Shown: positions 43,318 to 54,241, counted from the stretch's first letter. The stretch: 64,000 bases of DNA from Candidatus Hydrogenedentota bacterium (GCA_963745075.1 CAVUWV010000001.1:256001-320000), one strand, 5' to 3'. The notes: generated by a model from the letters alone, not told the origin. Numbers and translations: made by a program.

Positions 43318-43462
43318 TCGTACTTCGTACTCGGTCTCGTACTCGTACTCGAAGAGATGAAGAGTCTTGGCGCGGTGGAGAAACGACGTGTTGGGTCAGC
43401 CAAACCGCAACGTTTCTCGCCCGATGCTCCGAGTACGAGTACGAAGTACGAGAGCGAGTACG
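43318..43462. repeat. Inverted clusters of short TCGTAC/GTACGA tandem repeats
   Basis: TCGTACTTCGTACTCG..TCGTACTCGTACTCG at 43318-43351 and CGAGTACGAGTACGAAGTACGAG at 43430-43462. Confidence 0.7.
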
Positions 43463-43556
43463 TGAGGTCAGCGGCGCTTACGAGAAAACTCAAACTGCTC
43501 TAGTCCGAGACGGGTAGGGGCCATCGTTTCGAAGAAAAGCGTACGCGGGGTTGCCG

Positions 43557-44321
43557 ATGTATCAGGATAAGAAGGTGGTCGTCGTCATGCCCGCCTACAA
43601 CGCGGCAGCGACGTTGCGCAAGACCTACGACGAAGTAATGGCGCAAGGCATCGTCGATCTCGTCATCGTCGTGGACGACGCAAGTGGCGACGAGACGCTC
43701 GCCATTGCCGAATCGCTCCCCAACACCCAAGTGCACCGCCACGAACGAAACCGCGGCTACGGCGGCAATCAGAAGACCTGTTACCGGCTGGCGATGGACG
43801 CAGGCGGCGACATCATCATCATGGTCCACCCCGATTATCAGTACACACCGAAACTCATTCCCGCCATGGCGGCCATCATCGGCAACGGACTCTACGACTG
43901 CGTGCTGGGTTCCCGCATTCTCGGCGGCTACGCCCTGCGCGGCGGCATGCCCTATTGGCGGTACGTTGCCAACCGTTTTCTCACCTTCGCCGGCAACCTG
44001 ATCATGGGCGCTAAACTGTCGGAGTTTCACACCGGTTACCGGGCCTTTTCCCGCAAGTTGCTGGAAAACCTCCCGATTGACGTCAATTCCGACGACTTCG
44101 TTTTCGACAATCAGATGTTGGCCCAAATCCTCTGGCAAGGCTACGGAATCGCCGAAGTGACCTGCCCGACCCAATACTTCGCCGAAGCCTCGTCCATCAA
44201 TTTTGCCCGGAGCGTGAAGTACGGGTTCGGCTGCCTCGGCACGGCGATGCTCTACCGGCTGGCCCGCATGGGCTTGCTGCGCTCGTCCCTGTTTCCGGTC
44301 CGCGTGGATCGCGTCCCGTAG
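43557..44321 (+). CDS. Glycosyltransferase family 2 (DPM1-like)
   Basis: VMPAYNAA, VDDASGD, NRGYGGNQK, HPDYQY and HTGYRAF motifs. Confidence 0.92.
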   Translation: MYQDKKVVVVMPAYNAAATLRKTYDEVMAQGIVDLVIVVDDASGDETLAIAESLPNTQVHRHERNRGYGGNQKTCYRLAMDAGGDIIIMVHPDYQYTPKLIPAMAAIIGNGLYDCVLGSRILGGYALRGGMPYWRYVANRFLTFAGNLIMGAKLSEFHTGYRAFSRKLLENLPIDVNSDDFVFDNQMLAQILWQGYGIAEVTCPTQYFAEASSINFARSVKYGFGCLGTAMLYRLARMGLLRSSLFPVRVDRVP

Positions 44322-44369
44322 ACTTCCCGTCAGCCTTAACCTCTAACCCCACAGTCGGCGGAGCTAGAG

Positions 44370-44395
44370 GTGTGGCACAGCCGCCCCCGGCTGTG
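44370..44395 (+). repeat. REP-like hairpin family A copy
   Basis: GTGTGGCACAGCCGCCCCCGGCTGTG. Confidence 0.85.
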
Positions 44396-44539
44396 GTCTC
44401 TTCGAGTATCAAGCGTTCGGCAAATGATTTCGTGTACAATGTCTCCATCGGCGCAGGTTCACTGCCGCCGGGAATATTCCTGCTGTCTGGAACGTCTTTG
44501 TTCCTAACGGTTTAATTGACAGACATAAGGATCCCATTC

Positions 44540-46336
44540 GTGCTGAATTCCAGCCTGACGCATACAAATCACGGTCACGTTTTGTCCATTCTCCTGCTCC
44601 TGATGATTGCCGGAACGGCTCTCGCCGCCGATCCCAATCCGCCGACCATCCATTCCAATCAGGGCGCCTGGCCGATCCGCCGCCAGTGGAACGTCGCGGA
44701 GACCCACCACTACGCCCAGTGGGTGGAAAACATTTACCGGATGAAGACCAAGGGCAACGTGGAACAGCGGACCGCGAAGCTGGAACGCATTCTCACCGAT
44801 CCCGAGATGAATCTGCTCGAACAGCCGGAGTTTGCGGGGGAGGGGAGCAATCCCCAACTGCCGAAGAGCACCATCCGTTTCCTGCACGCGGTCACCGACT
44901 GCGCCAAACTTACGCAGACGCTGCCGGCCTACTACGCGTACCGCCGCGCCTTGCCCTGGATGATGACCTACGTCACACCGGTGAAGGGCGATCCGCGCAT
45001 TTCGCCCAACAACATCCCCGTCGGGTATGAGAGCAGCTTCACCAGCTCCTCACCCGATGCCTTCTTCAAAGCGGCCGTGGGCGGCTACGGTTCGGGCAAC
45101 TACCGCGTGGAACCGAATAACAAAAATTCCCAGTGGTCCGACTCCGTACCCGTCGCCATCAATCGCGAATACCTGTTGCCCGGATGCATGAACTACACCG
45201 ACGGCCACTGCCTGATCCTGGGCGAGGTCGACAAGTATGGCGAATTGAAATTCCTCAATGCCAGCACCACCGTTACCAAGGACATCTTCACGTACAACGG
45301 CATGAATACCGTGGTCGGCGTAACGCCCTTGAACCGGGACGACCCCGTCCATCCCCTGGAAGGCTGTTTCCAGGGCCTCCGCGTGATGCGGTATCCCATT
45401 GCCGAAACGGACAGTTCGGGCCGTGTCATCAAGGTGCGCCGCCGTACCGACGAGGAAATGCAGGAGTTCGGCATGTCCATCGAGGAATACGCGAAGGTCG
45501 CCGACATGGTGAACGGTCAAAAGATCGTCGAAGACGGCTATACCCTGCAAAGTTTCCACGAGTTCATCCGGTACCGCATGAAGACCGTCGATCGGATCTG
45601 TCCCGCGCAATTCATAAAAGAGTACACGGATGAAATGCTGGACATGTGGAAGGCCCGCGAGGTCTTCGTGCAAGAGGCCTGGCAGGACGTCCAGAAGAAC
45701 GGGCACATTGTCTATCCCGAGGAACGGTCAGACGAGAATATCTTCCAGGCCAAAGGACGATGGGAGACGTGGAGTTCCCCTTCGTCCGACGTTGACCGCC
45801 GCACCAAGTATTTCTATCTCGCCGACTGGATGGACAATGCCATTCGCTGGTTCGAGTCCCAGCCCCAGTTGGTCGATCTCACCGGTTTCGAAAAATACGA
45901 CATCAAGACCTCTTCGGATTTGGCGCTCGCGATTGTGAAAGAAAAGAATCGCCTTTTTGCCGAGCGCTCCATACAGTACACGAATTCCGTGGGGGAAAAG
46001 GTCACCCTGACCTTGACCGATATCGAAAATCGGCTCTACGACCTTTCCTTCGATCCGAACCATCCCCCGGAACTGCGCTGGGGCGCGCCAAAGGATAGCG
46101 AGGAACGTGCTACGGCGAAAGACTCATATACCCCGGTACCGGACGGGACCAAGATCCCCATGGAAGAATCGTATTACCTGGAAACGTACTACCGGACCGT
46201 CTGCGAGCGCGAGACGGAGATCAGTTGCCTGCGGGGCATGTTCACCGTCGGGTTTCCGGTTCGGGACAAATTCAACGCCCAGCTCGCCAAATGGATGGAC
46301 GATTCCGTGAAGGTGGAACAACTGGCGGCGCGATAG
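44540..46336 (+). CDS. Secreted protein of unknown function, paralog 1
   Basis: AAGGA RBS plus GTG; signal peptide ending ALA; full-length similarity to 46476..48365. Confidence 0.85.
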   Translation: MLNSSLTHTNHGHVLSILLLLMIAGTALAADPNPPTIHSNQGAWPIRRQWNVAETHHYAQWVENIYRMKTKGNVEQRTAKLERILTDPEMNLLEQPEFAGEGSNPQLPKSTIRFLHAVTDCAKLTQTLPAYYAYRRALPWMMTYVTPVKGDPRISPNNIPVGYESSFTSSSPDAFFKAAVGGYGSGNYRVEPNNKNSQWSDSVPVAINREYLLPGCMNYTDGHCLILGEVDKYGELKFLNASTTVTKDIFTYNGMNTVVGVTPLNRDDPVHPLEGCFQGLRVMRYPIAETDSSGRVIKVRRRTDEEMQEFGMSIEEYAKVADMVNGQKIVEDGYTLQSFHEFIRYRMKTVDRICPAQFIKEYTDEMLDMWKAREVFVQEAWQDVQKNGHIVYPEERSDENIFQAKGRWETWSSPSSDVDRRTKYFYLADWMDNAIRWFESQPQLVDLTGFEKYDIKTSSDLALAIVKEKNRLFAERSIQYTNSVGEKVTLTLTDIENRLYDLSFDPNHPPELRWGAPKDSEERATAKDSYTPVPDGTKIPMEESYYLETYYRTVCERETEISCLRGMFTVGFPVRDKFNAQLAKWMDDSVKVEQLAAR

Positions 46337-46475
46337 CGCCTTACGTTGTGTGCGGCGGTCCCGCGCACCACCATATTCGGTAGTAATCTAGGGTAATCTC
46401 TTGTCTTTTTGACGGTTTTCATTTACACTCGGATACAGGTTCGCGGATTCGAATTCATCGTCGGGGAACACACGC

Positions 46476-48365
46476 ATGTCGCATGCTGCACGCCTTATCG
46501 TTCTCACATGTTTTACTGGCCTGACCGCCTGCGCGGCGTTCGCCCAAACTGCCGACCCGAACCCGCCATCCATCCACAGTGACCATGGCGCCTGGCCCAT
46601 TTGCCGGCAATGGAATGTCGCCGAAACCCATCACTACGCGAAGTGGATCAATCACATCTACCAAATGAAAACCGAGGGAACCCCCGCCCAGCGCCGGGCC
46701 AAATTGGAGCGCGTCCTGACCGACCCCGAGATGAACCTGCTGCTGGACCCGGCGTTTGCGGGCGAACAGGCAAATCCGCAACTGGATCTCGGCGTCATCC
46801 GGGCCATGCACTCGATCTTGGATTGCGGCAAGTTGACGGTCGCGCTGTCCTCGTACTACTCGTATCGCCGGGGCCTTCCATGGTTGGTGTCGTACGTGCG
46901 GTCCAGCGGCGGGGACCTGCGAACCTCGGCCTACAACATCCCGATGGGCATCTACAGTTCGTTCGATTGCGATTCACCGGCGGAATTCTTTGTGAATGCC
47001 GTGACGGGCTTTTGCACCGGGAACTTCCGGGTCGAACCGTTCAACACGAACTCCGAGCTATCCGACACGGTGCCCGTCGCCATCGATCCCAAATACCTCA
47101 TTCCGGGCGCGCTCCAGTATCTCGACGGTCATGTGTTGATCCTGGCCGACGTAGACAAGCACGGCGAACTGCGTTTTATTGACGCGACCACCGCGGCGTC
47201 GCGCGACATCTACGCGTTTAACGGACTCAATGCGGTCATGGGAATTCCCGCGAAAAATTCCAACCGGTCCGGCAATGAATACGCGGGGTGCTTCCAAGGC
47301 CTTCGCGTTTTCCGGTACCCCATCGCGATCACCGACGAGACCGGGAAGGTGATCGGCGTGCGACGCCGCACCGACGACGAAATGAAAGCGTTCGGCTACT
47401 CGACCGAGCAGTACGATTACATCGAACGCATCGTGCGCCATGAGCCCATCGTCGAGAACGGCGTGGCGTTAACGAGTTTTCACGAGTTCATCGAGATGCG
47501 CATGCGGACTACGCAGCGCGTCGCGCCGGTCGAGTTTATCAAGTCGTATGCAGACGCGCTGCTGGACCTGTTCGCCATGCGCGAGACCTTCGTGCAGGAC
47601 GGCTGGCACAACGTCCTGGCCAACGGTCCCATCCCTTTTCCCGAGAAGAGCCGCACCGAGAATGTCTTCGACGCCGGCGGGCGCTGGGGCGCCTGGACCT
47701 CGGCGTCGTCGGACGTTGATTTGCGCACGCGCTACTACTACCTCGCGGACTGGATGGACAATGTCATCCGCTGGTACGAGCGTCAACCCGAATACGTGGA
47801 CTTGACGGGATTGGAGAAATACTACGTCGCGGATCAGGGCAATCTCGCCTACGCGCTCATGGCGGAGAAACGGCGTATTTTCAAAAGCCGAAAATTCACG
47901 TACACGAATTCGCAGGGCAACCCCGTGACCCTGACGCTCTACGACCTCGAAAAGCGATTGTACGACCTGTCCTTCGACCCGAATCAACCGCCCGAGCTGC
48001 GCTGGGGCGCCCCCATCGGCAGCGCGGAGTACCGAACGGCGCCTGAGATGTCCACGCCGCTTCCCGACGGCGGACAATTGGCCATGGCCGACGCGTACCG
48101 CCGGGAAGGGTACTACCGATCCCTCGGCCAGCGCGAGACGACCGAGAGCTATCTCCAGGACATGTTCACCTCAGGTTACCCCGTTCGAGAGAAATTCGAC
48201 GGCCAACTCGCCAAATGGACCAACATGGCGGAGCCTGTGCCGCCGCTCATTCCGTCCGGCGTGCGGATTGCCGAACTCCGCAAAGGCTGGGAGTCCCGGC
48301 AGCCCGGCCGCATTCGAGCCGCGTCCCGCGAAGGGCACTATCCGGCCGCCGCAACCGTGAACTGA
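46476..48365 (+). CDS. Secreted protein of unknown function, paralog 2
   Basis: Signal peptide ending AFA; shares ADPNPP.IHS..GAWPI.RQWNVAETHHYA and RLYDLSFDPN.PPELRWGAP with paralog 1. Confidence 0.85.
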   Translation: MSHAARLIVLTCFTGLTACAAFAQTADPNPPSIHSDHGAWPICRQWNVAETHHYAKWINHIYQMKTEGTPAQRRAKLERVLTDPEMNLLLDPAFAGEQANPQLDLGVIRAMHSILDCGKLTVALSSYYSYRRGLPWLVSYVRSSGGDLRTSAYNIPMGIYSSFDCDSPAEFFVNAVTGFCTGNFRVEPFNTNSELSDTVPVAIDPKYLIPGALQYLDGHVLILADVDKHGELRFIDATTAASRDIYAFNGLNAVMGIPAKNSNRSGNEYAGCFQGLRVFRYPIAITDETGKVIGVRRRTDDEMKAFGYSTEQYDYIERIVRHEPIVENGVALTSFHEFIEMRMRTTQRVAPVEFIKSYADALLDLFAMRETFVQDGWHNVLANGPIPFPEKSRTENVFDAGGRWGAWTSASSDVDLRTRYYYLADWMDNVIRWYERQPEYVDLTGLEKYYVADQGNLAYALMAEKRRIFKSRKFTYTNSQGNPVTLTLYDLEKRLYDLSFDPNQPPELRWGAPIGSAEYRTAPEMSTPLPDGGQLAMADAYRREGYYRSLGQRETTESYLQDMFTSGYPVREKFDGQLAKWTNMAEPVPPLIPSGVRIAELRKGWESRQPGRIRAASREGHYPAAATVN

Positions 48366-48524
48366 TTCCTGAGACGCGCGCCGGCGCGGCAATCCGAAGC
48401 GGTCGTCACCATTCCGCCATTGAAGATGCAACCGACAAGAGGCGCGGCTGCGATTGCTGCGCCGGAAGAGGAATGCAGACCTGGCCGAAAACCTGCAAAA
48501 ACACCAATCGATCCGGTCTCGCCG

Positions 48525-48560
48525 CTCCCCCTTTGAAGGGGGATTAAGGGGGATGTTCTT
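48525..48560 (+). repeat. REP-like family B copy
   Basis: CTCCCCCTTTGAAGGGGGATTAAGGGGGATGTTCTT, one mismatch to 28137-28172. Confidence 0.85.
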
Positions 48561-48606
48561 CACACGTCTTGACTTCTATAGACCCTGTCATTGAAGGAGG
48601 AAACCC

Positions 48607-49635
48607 ATGCGCCGTGTTTTGGCCTGTACGCTGCTCCTGGTGCTGTGCGCTGCATGCGCCCACCATCCCATCGACCATGCATCGCCCCGCAGCCTCTTCC
48701 CGACGCCGTCGAACAGCAAGCCGCGACCCGATTACTTCAACCAGTCGTACGGGCCCTACGAGCGCAATGTGCTTGACCTGTGGCAAGCGAAGTCCGACCG
48801 GCCCACACCCGTCATGATCTTCTTCCACGGCGGAGGCTTCGTTGGCGGAGACAAGTGGACGCTCGCCCCTCAGTATCTCCAGGACTGCCTCGATGCTGGG
48901 ATTTCCGTGGCGAGTGCCAACTACCGATTGGCCACGCAGGCGCCGTATCCCGCGCCAATGCTCGACGGCGCACGGGCCGTGCAATACCTTCGGTATCGCG
49001 CGAAAGACTGGAACCTCGATCCCAAGCGCATCGCCGTCTCCGGCGACTCCGCCGGAGCAGGCATTTCGCTTTGGATCGCCTTTCACGACGACCTCCGTCA
49101 GCCATGGTCCAAGGATCGGGTCTTGCGCAAATCAACGCGGGTCACCTGCGCGTGCGTGTTCGGCGCCCAGTCCTTCTACGACCCGCGCGTCATACGCCGC
49201 GAAATCGGCGGACGTTCCTACGAGCACCCCGCGCTCACGTCTTTCTACGGAATCACCTTGCAGGAACTGGACACGCCGTCGGCGTACCGGCTTTACGAAG
49301 ATGCGTCCGCCATCAACCACGTAACCGCGGACGACCCGCCGGTCATCATGTATTACTACGAAGACTGGGCCAAGCCGGTGCCCGGTCCGAACCCGAACGC
49401 CACGCTGTACTTCCCGGACTTTGGAAAGCCCATCAAGGGCTACGGCCGCCCCGGCGAACGGATCCATCACCCGCGATTCGGCACGGCGTTGAAGGAAGTT
49501 CTCGACCCCCTGGGTATCGAATGCATCCTGCTCCACCGGAACGATTTCCCCGACCCGCGCAAAGCCGAGGACGCCGCCGGCACCGAAATGGTGAAATTCA
49601 TGCTCCGGCAGTTTGGAATGATCGACTCCGGGTAG
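48607..49635 (+). CDS. Exported alpha/beta hydrolase (HSL-like esterase)
   Basis: HGGGF oxyanion motif, GDSAG nucleophile, N-terminal signal with possible lipobox. Confidence 0.9.
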   Translation: MRRVLACTLLLVLCAACAHHPIDHASPRSLFPTPSNSKPRPDYFNQSYGPYERNVLDLWQAKSDRPTPVMIFFHGGGFVGGDKWTLAPQYLQDCLDAGISVASANYRLATQAPYPAPMLDGARAVQYLRYRAKDWNLDPKRIAVSGDSAGAGISLWIAFHDDLRQPWSKDRVLRKSTRVTCACVFGAQSFYDPRVIRREIGGRSYEHPALTSFYGITLQELDTPSAYRLYEDASAINHVTADDPPVIMYYYEDWAKPVPGPNPNATLYFPDFGKPIKGYGRPGERIHHPRFGTALKEVLDPLGIECILLHRNDFPDPRKAEDAAGTEMVKFMLRQFGMIDSG

Positions 49636-49823
49636 GCCCCGTTCCCAGGCGTTAATCCGTTGCCAGTCGGTGGCTTATCGCACGGGACATGGGGGCCGCT
49701 ATCACCTTCCTTTCGCAGAATAATCCTGTTTCGATTATCAGCATTCTCTGCTAGAATATCAGACGGGTGCGTATACTCATTTTCAAGCCGAACTGATAGG
49801 CGTGTCGGCGACAACAATGTAGC

Positions 49824-50411
49824 ATGAGCGATATGACCCAAGTTCTTTCTCACATTGCATCGGGGGATCCGACTGCATCTGACCAACTCCTGCCCCTCGT
49901 CTACGCGGAACTGCGCCGTCTGGCCCGCGCGAGGCTCGCCCGGGAGCGGCCCGGGCATACCCTCCAGGCGACCGAGTTGGTGCACGAAGCCTACCTTCGA
50001 TTGGTGAACGTGGAGGATGCCGTACATTGGGACTCAAGGGGGCACTTCTTTGCCGCGGCTGCCGAAGCGATGCGCCGTATCCTGGTCGATCATGCACGCC
50101 GTAAGCAGCGGTTGAAGCACGGCCGGGGCCTTGAGCGTGTGGAGGGGGACAAAGTCGCTGCTCCGCAGCACGATTCGAGCGACGACCTCCTGAGCCTGGA
50201 CGAGGCGCTTGCCAAATTTGCGGCTGCGGACCCGAAGAAGGCGGAGTTGGTAAAGCTGCGGTTCTTTGCGGGGATGACCATTCCCGAAGCTGCGGAAATT
50301 CTCCACATCTCGCATGCCACGGCCGAACGATACTGGACTTACGCGCGCGCCTGGCTTTTCAGCGAACTCGGAGGTGGCGGGCGTCCGGAGGGGGAATCGG
50401 AGCACCACTGA
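49824..50411 (+). CDS. ECF sigma factor, TIGR02999 (planctomycete-type) family
   Basis: LLPLVYAELRRLA, HTLQATELVHEAYLRL and FFAAAAEAMRRILVDHAR motifs. Confidence 0.93.
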   Translation: MSDMTQVLSHIASGDPTASDQLLPLVYAELRRLARARLARERPGHTLQATELVHEAYLRLVNVEDAVHWDSRGHFFAAAAEAMRRILVDHARRKQRLKHGRGLERVEGDKVAAPQHDSSDDLLSLDEALAKFAAADPKKAELVKLRFFAGMTIPEAAEILHISHATAERYWTYARAWLFSELGGGGRPEGESEHH

Positions 50412-50474
50412 GGGGATTGGCGTCAATTCAGCGCATTATGTGTTGCCGGGCAATTTGAGGGGGGCCCGGGGACG

Positions 50475-53400
50475 ATGTCATCAGAAGATTCACACGTCGA
50501 GACCATCTTCTTCGCCGTACTCGAACGCCCTGAACCCGAGCGTGCAGCCTACCTGAGGGAAATGTGCGGCGCGGACACCGCCCTGCGACTCCGGGTCGAG
50601 GACTTGCTTCAGGCCCAGGCGCACCTGCAGGACTTCATGGAAACGCCCGCGGCAGACGGTATGCCCTTGGCCGATGTCGTGGACGCCGCCGACATACCCG
50701 CGTCCGCCGAAGAACCCGGCACCGTCATCGATCGCTACACCCTGCTCGAAGTGATTGGCGAAGGCGGCTTCGGCGTCGTCTATCTGGCCTCCCAAACGGA
50801 ACCCATTCGGCGGCTGGTCGCGTTGAAAATCATCAAGCCGGGGATGGACACCAAGGAGGTCATTGCCCGGTTCGAAGTGGAACGGCAAGCCCTCGCCCTC
50901 ATGGACCATCCGAATATCGCCCGCGTACTGGACGCGGGGACGACCGCCTCGGGCCGGCCGTATTTCGCCATGGACCTCGTCGAGGGGGTCGGGATCACCG
51001 AGTATTGCGACCAGTGCAATCTCGCCACGCACCAGCGTCTTGAACTCTTCATTCAGGTCTGCCGCGCCGTTCAGCACGCCCACCACAAAGGGGTCATCCA
51101 CCGCGACCTGAAACCCTCCAACATCCTAATCGCGATGCAGGACGGTCGCCCGGTTCCAAAGATCATCGACTTCGGCGTCGCCAAGGCCCTCAATCAGCGG
51201 CTCACCGAGCAGTCTCTCTTGACGGCCGGCACGGAGGTTCTCGGCACCCCCCTGTATATGAGCCCGGAACAGGCCGAACAACGGCCGCAGGATGTGGACA
51301 CGCGTAGCGACATCTATTCGCTGGGGGTACTCCTGTATGAACTACTCACCGGTACAACGCCATTGACGAAAGAGCAGGCGAAAGAGGCGAACTACGACGA
51401 ACTTCGACAGCTGATCCGCGAGGAACAACCGCCGACGCCCAGTTCACGCATCAGCACACTCGGAGCGACCGCACCGATAGTCGCTGAACGGCGCCGGACC
51501 GACCCGCGCAGTCTCTGGCAAATGGTCCACGGCGACCTCGACTGGGTTGTGATGAAAGCCTTGGAAAAAGACCCCGTCCGGCGCTACCAGACAGCCAATG
51601 CCTTGGCCGCCGATGTAGAGCGTTATCTTGACAGCATGCCCGTTGAAGCGCGTCCCCCTTCAGTCTGGTACCGGTTCCGCAAGTTCACACAGCGCAACAG
51701 CGGCGTGCTAAGCGCCGCCGTCGCCATTCTGATGACCGTCCTCATCGGGCTGACGGCGAGCACCATATTGGTCGTGCAGCAACGCAATATCGCGCGGGCG
51801 CAAGCCGCCCGGGCCAGCGCCGCCGCGGTGCGCGAAAGCGAGGCGGCGGATCGTGCCGAGTCGGCGGCCACCGAAGCCCATCGGGAACGGGAGCAGGCCC
51901 TACAAGCCCGCAATGTCGCGCTGGAAAACCTCTACTACGCGGACATGCACCTAGCGCTGCAAGACTGGTATGCGGGGAACATCGACCGCATGCGCGAAAT
52001 TGTCGATGCGCATGTCCCTAAACCGGAGGAGCCGGATCTCCGGGGTTGGGAGTGGTATTACCTTTCCGCGCTGTGCCATGCCGACACAGATACTCTTCGA
52101 GGGCACACTGCATCCGTGAACTCGATCGCCATGAGTCCAGACGGCAGCCGGTTGGCCTCCGCCAGCGCCGACGGCACCGTCCGTATATGGGACGTGGCAA
52201 CAGGACGTGAACTCGAGGACCAGCGTCTGCGCGAGGCTGGGGCGAGCTTTGTGGCGTGGCTCCCCGGCGGCAACACAGCCGTCGCGACCGCCGGAAGTGG
52301 GCGGGCCAACATCTGGGACCTGACCACAGGCGCCCCCCGCCAGGTTTTGGACTGTAAGCAGCATGTGCCCTGCATGGCTTTGAGTCCGAGCGGGCAGTAT
52401 CTGGCCGTCGCCGTTACCAAAGTTGGTGGAGAAATCAGTACAACTGCGACGGGACGTATATACATCTGGGACACGACCTCCGGCAAGCGCGTGCAGGATT
52501 TGGTGGGGAATGGTGCAATGGTCTGCTCTATGGCCTGGAGTCCCGAAGGCCATTACCTCGCCGTCGGCAGGAATTGGCCGGGATTCGTCGAGATCTGGGA
52601 ACCCACCACGTGGGAGCGGGTTGACTACACGCAGGTGCACGGCCACGGGGTCGGTGCCGTGGCCTGGAGTCCCGATGGCCGGTATTTAGCGTCAAGTAGC
52701 AATGATCAGACGATTAGCGTTCGGGAAGCCGGCACCTGGAAAACCCTCTACACGATTTCCGGGGCGCACCGGGGCGTCATCAATGCCCTGTGCTGGAGCG
52801 GCGACAGCACCCAGATCATGTCCGGAGGCGACGACGGGCTGTTGAAGATTTGGGATGGAGCGACGGGTCGTGCAGTGACTACCGTGCCTGCTCGGCAGCG
52901 TCCCATCAACTGTATCGTTTGGGATGACCAAAACCACGCCTTCTTGTATTCCGGCACTGAGGCCTGGATCGGCCGCTGCGACCCGGCAGTTGAACGCGAG
53001 AGCCGCACCGTCGCGGGTCGGGAATACCTCGGCTGGAGCCCCGACGGCAAGCTATTTGCCGCGTGGGGACCAGACCGGAATCCCGACACTCGAACCATAG
53101 ACGTTTTCGACGCCACGACAGGCCAGCGTCAGTTCAGTCTGCCGAACCATAGTCCAGGCGGCGTAGGCTTGGAATGGAGTCCGGATGGAACCAGATTAGC
53201 CGTAAACCACATGGGCGTGGTTGTGTGGGATCTGTCCACGCGGGAAAAATCTTTCCACGCGTTAGAGCGCGCCAGTCCCCGAGCTTCCGCGTGGCGGCCG
53301 GACGGGCGCGTGTTGGCGGTGGCCGGCCTGGACAATATCGTATATCTCCTCGACGCGATTTCGGGAACAACGCTGCACGAACTCCGCGGCCACACCATAG

Positions 53401-53900
53401 GCGTCACGGCGATCGTGTGGAAGCCGGACGGATCACTGATCGCATCGGGCGGGTGGACCGACGAAGTCAAGGTTTGGGATCCGGAGACGGGGCGGCTGGT
53501 GCTCGACCTGAAACGGCCGCACGTCGGCGCGGACGGCCACCACGGCGTCTGCTGGAGCCCTTCCGGAGACCGGTTGGCTTCCGGATGCTCGAATGGGGAA
53601 ATCCTGCTCTGGGACGCGGCGACCGGCGAAGAGCTGCACCGTTTACGAGGCCACACGTCAATGGTTCGGACGATTGCCTGGAGCCCGGACGGCACCCGCC
53701 TTGCCAGTGGAGGCTACGACCGCTACGTCAAGATCTGGGACCCGGCGACCGGCAGGGAGATGCTCAGTTTGCCCGGGCACGAAAGCTCGATCGATTCCAT
53801 AGCCTGGAGCCCGGATGGTCGGCAACTCGCCACTGGCGACATCCTAAAGCTTCGTATATGGGATGCTTCCGCCGGATATCAGTTGGCTAAGGAAAAGTAA
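50475..53900 (+). CDS. Ser/Thr protein kinase with one TM helix and C-terminal WD40 repeats
   Basis: IGEGGFG, VALK, HRDLKPSN, DFG, YMSPEQ; one TM; many GH..V..IAWSPDG..LAS repeats. Confidence 0.95.
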   Translation: MSSEDSHVETIFFAVLERPEPERAAYLREMCGADTALRLRVEDLLQAQAHLQDFMETPAADGMPLADVVDAADIPASAEEPGTVIDRYTLLEVIGEGGFGVVYLASQTEPIRRLVALKIIKPGMDTKEVIARFEVERQALALMDHPNIARVLDAGTTASGRPYFAMDLVEGVGITEYCDQCNLATHQRLELFIQVCRAVQHAHHKGVIHRDLKPSNILIAMQDGRPVPKIIDFGVAKALNQRLTEQSLLTAGTEVLGTPLYMSPEQAEQRPQDVDTRSDIYSLGVLLYELLTGTTPLTKEQAKEANYDELRQLIREEQPPTPSSRISTLGATAPIVAERRRTDPRSLWQMVHGDLDWVVMKALEKDPVRRYQTANALAADVERYLDSMPVEARPPSVWYRFRKFTQRNSGVLSAAVAILMTVLIGLTASTILVVQQRNIARAQAARASAAAVRESEAADRAESAATEAHREREQALQARNVALENLYYADMHLALQDWYAGNIDRMREIVDAHVPKPEEPDLRGWEWYYLSALCHADTDTLRGHTASVNSIAMSPDGSRLASASADGTVRIWDVATGRELEDQRLREAGASFVAWLPGGNTAVATAGSGRANIWDLTTGAPRQVLDCKQHVPCMALSPSGQYLAVAVTKVGGEISTTATGRIYIWDTTSGKRVQDLVGNGAMVCSMAWSPEGHYLAVGRNWPGFVEIWEPTTWERVDYTQVHGHGVGAVAWSPDGRYLASSSNDQTISVREAGTWKTLYTISGAHRGVINALCWSGDSTQIMSGGDDGLLKIWDGATGRAVTTVPARQRPINCIVWDDQNHAFLYSGTEAWIGRCDPAVERESRTVAGREYLGWSPDGKLFAAWGPDRNPDTRTIDVFDATTGQRQFSLPNHSPGGVGLEWSPDGTRLAVNHMGVVVWDLSTREKSFHALERASPRASAWRPDGRVLAVAGLDNIVYLLDAISGTTLHELRGHTIGVTAIVWKPDGSLIASGGWTDEVKVWDPETGRLVLDLKRPHVGADGHHGVCWSPSGDRLASGCSNGEILLWDAATGEELHRLRGHTSMVRTIAWSPDGTRLASGGYDRYVKIWDPATGREMLSLPGHESSIDSIAWSPDGRQLATGDILKLRIWDASAGYQLAKEK

Positions 53901-54241
53901 AGTGTGCTACCCGCGTTTCCGCGCGGTCACAAAATAGAAAAAGGCCGGTGAGTCCAAGGCCGCCAAGCAAAGCACTCACCGGCGCGGCCCAGCCCGGGCG
54001 CACATGCGCGCACCCGGCCCGAGGGCTTTGTACGTTCAGCGTAGCGCAGATGGGCCATTTCCTCAAGGAGAAAGGAAGACAGGAAAGAGTTTGAGACAAG
54101 ACTCGAACAGGCCGCTCTGCGTTCCATTTGATGATCCAGTTTACAGGAGTACCGATGGTTCGGAACTCACCCGATACTGCCATGCGTGGCAGCTTGCTCG
54201 ACGGCGGATAATCCGCGCCGAGACAAGAAAGGAGTAGGGAA

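Noticed and set aside
53944..53983. 10-bp inverted repeat after the kinase gene as a terminator
   Set aside because: 20-nt loop and no U-tract on the coding strand.
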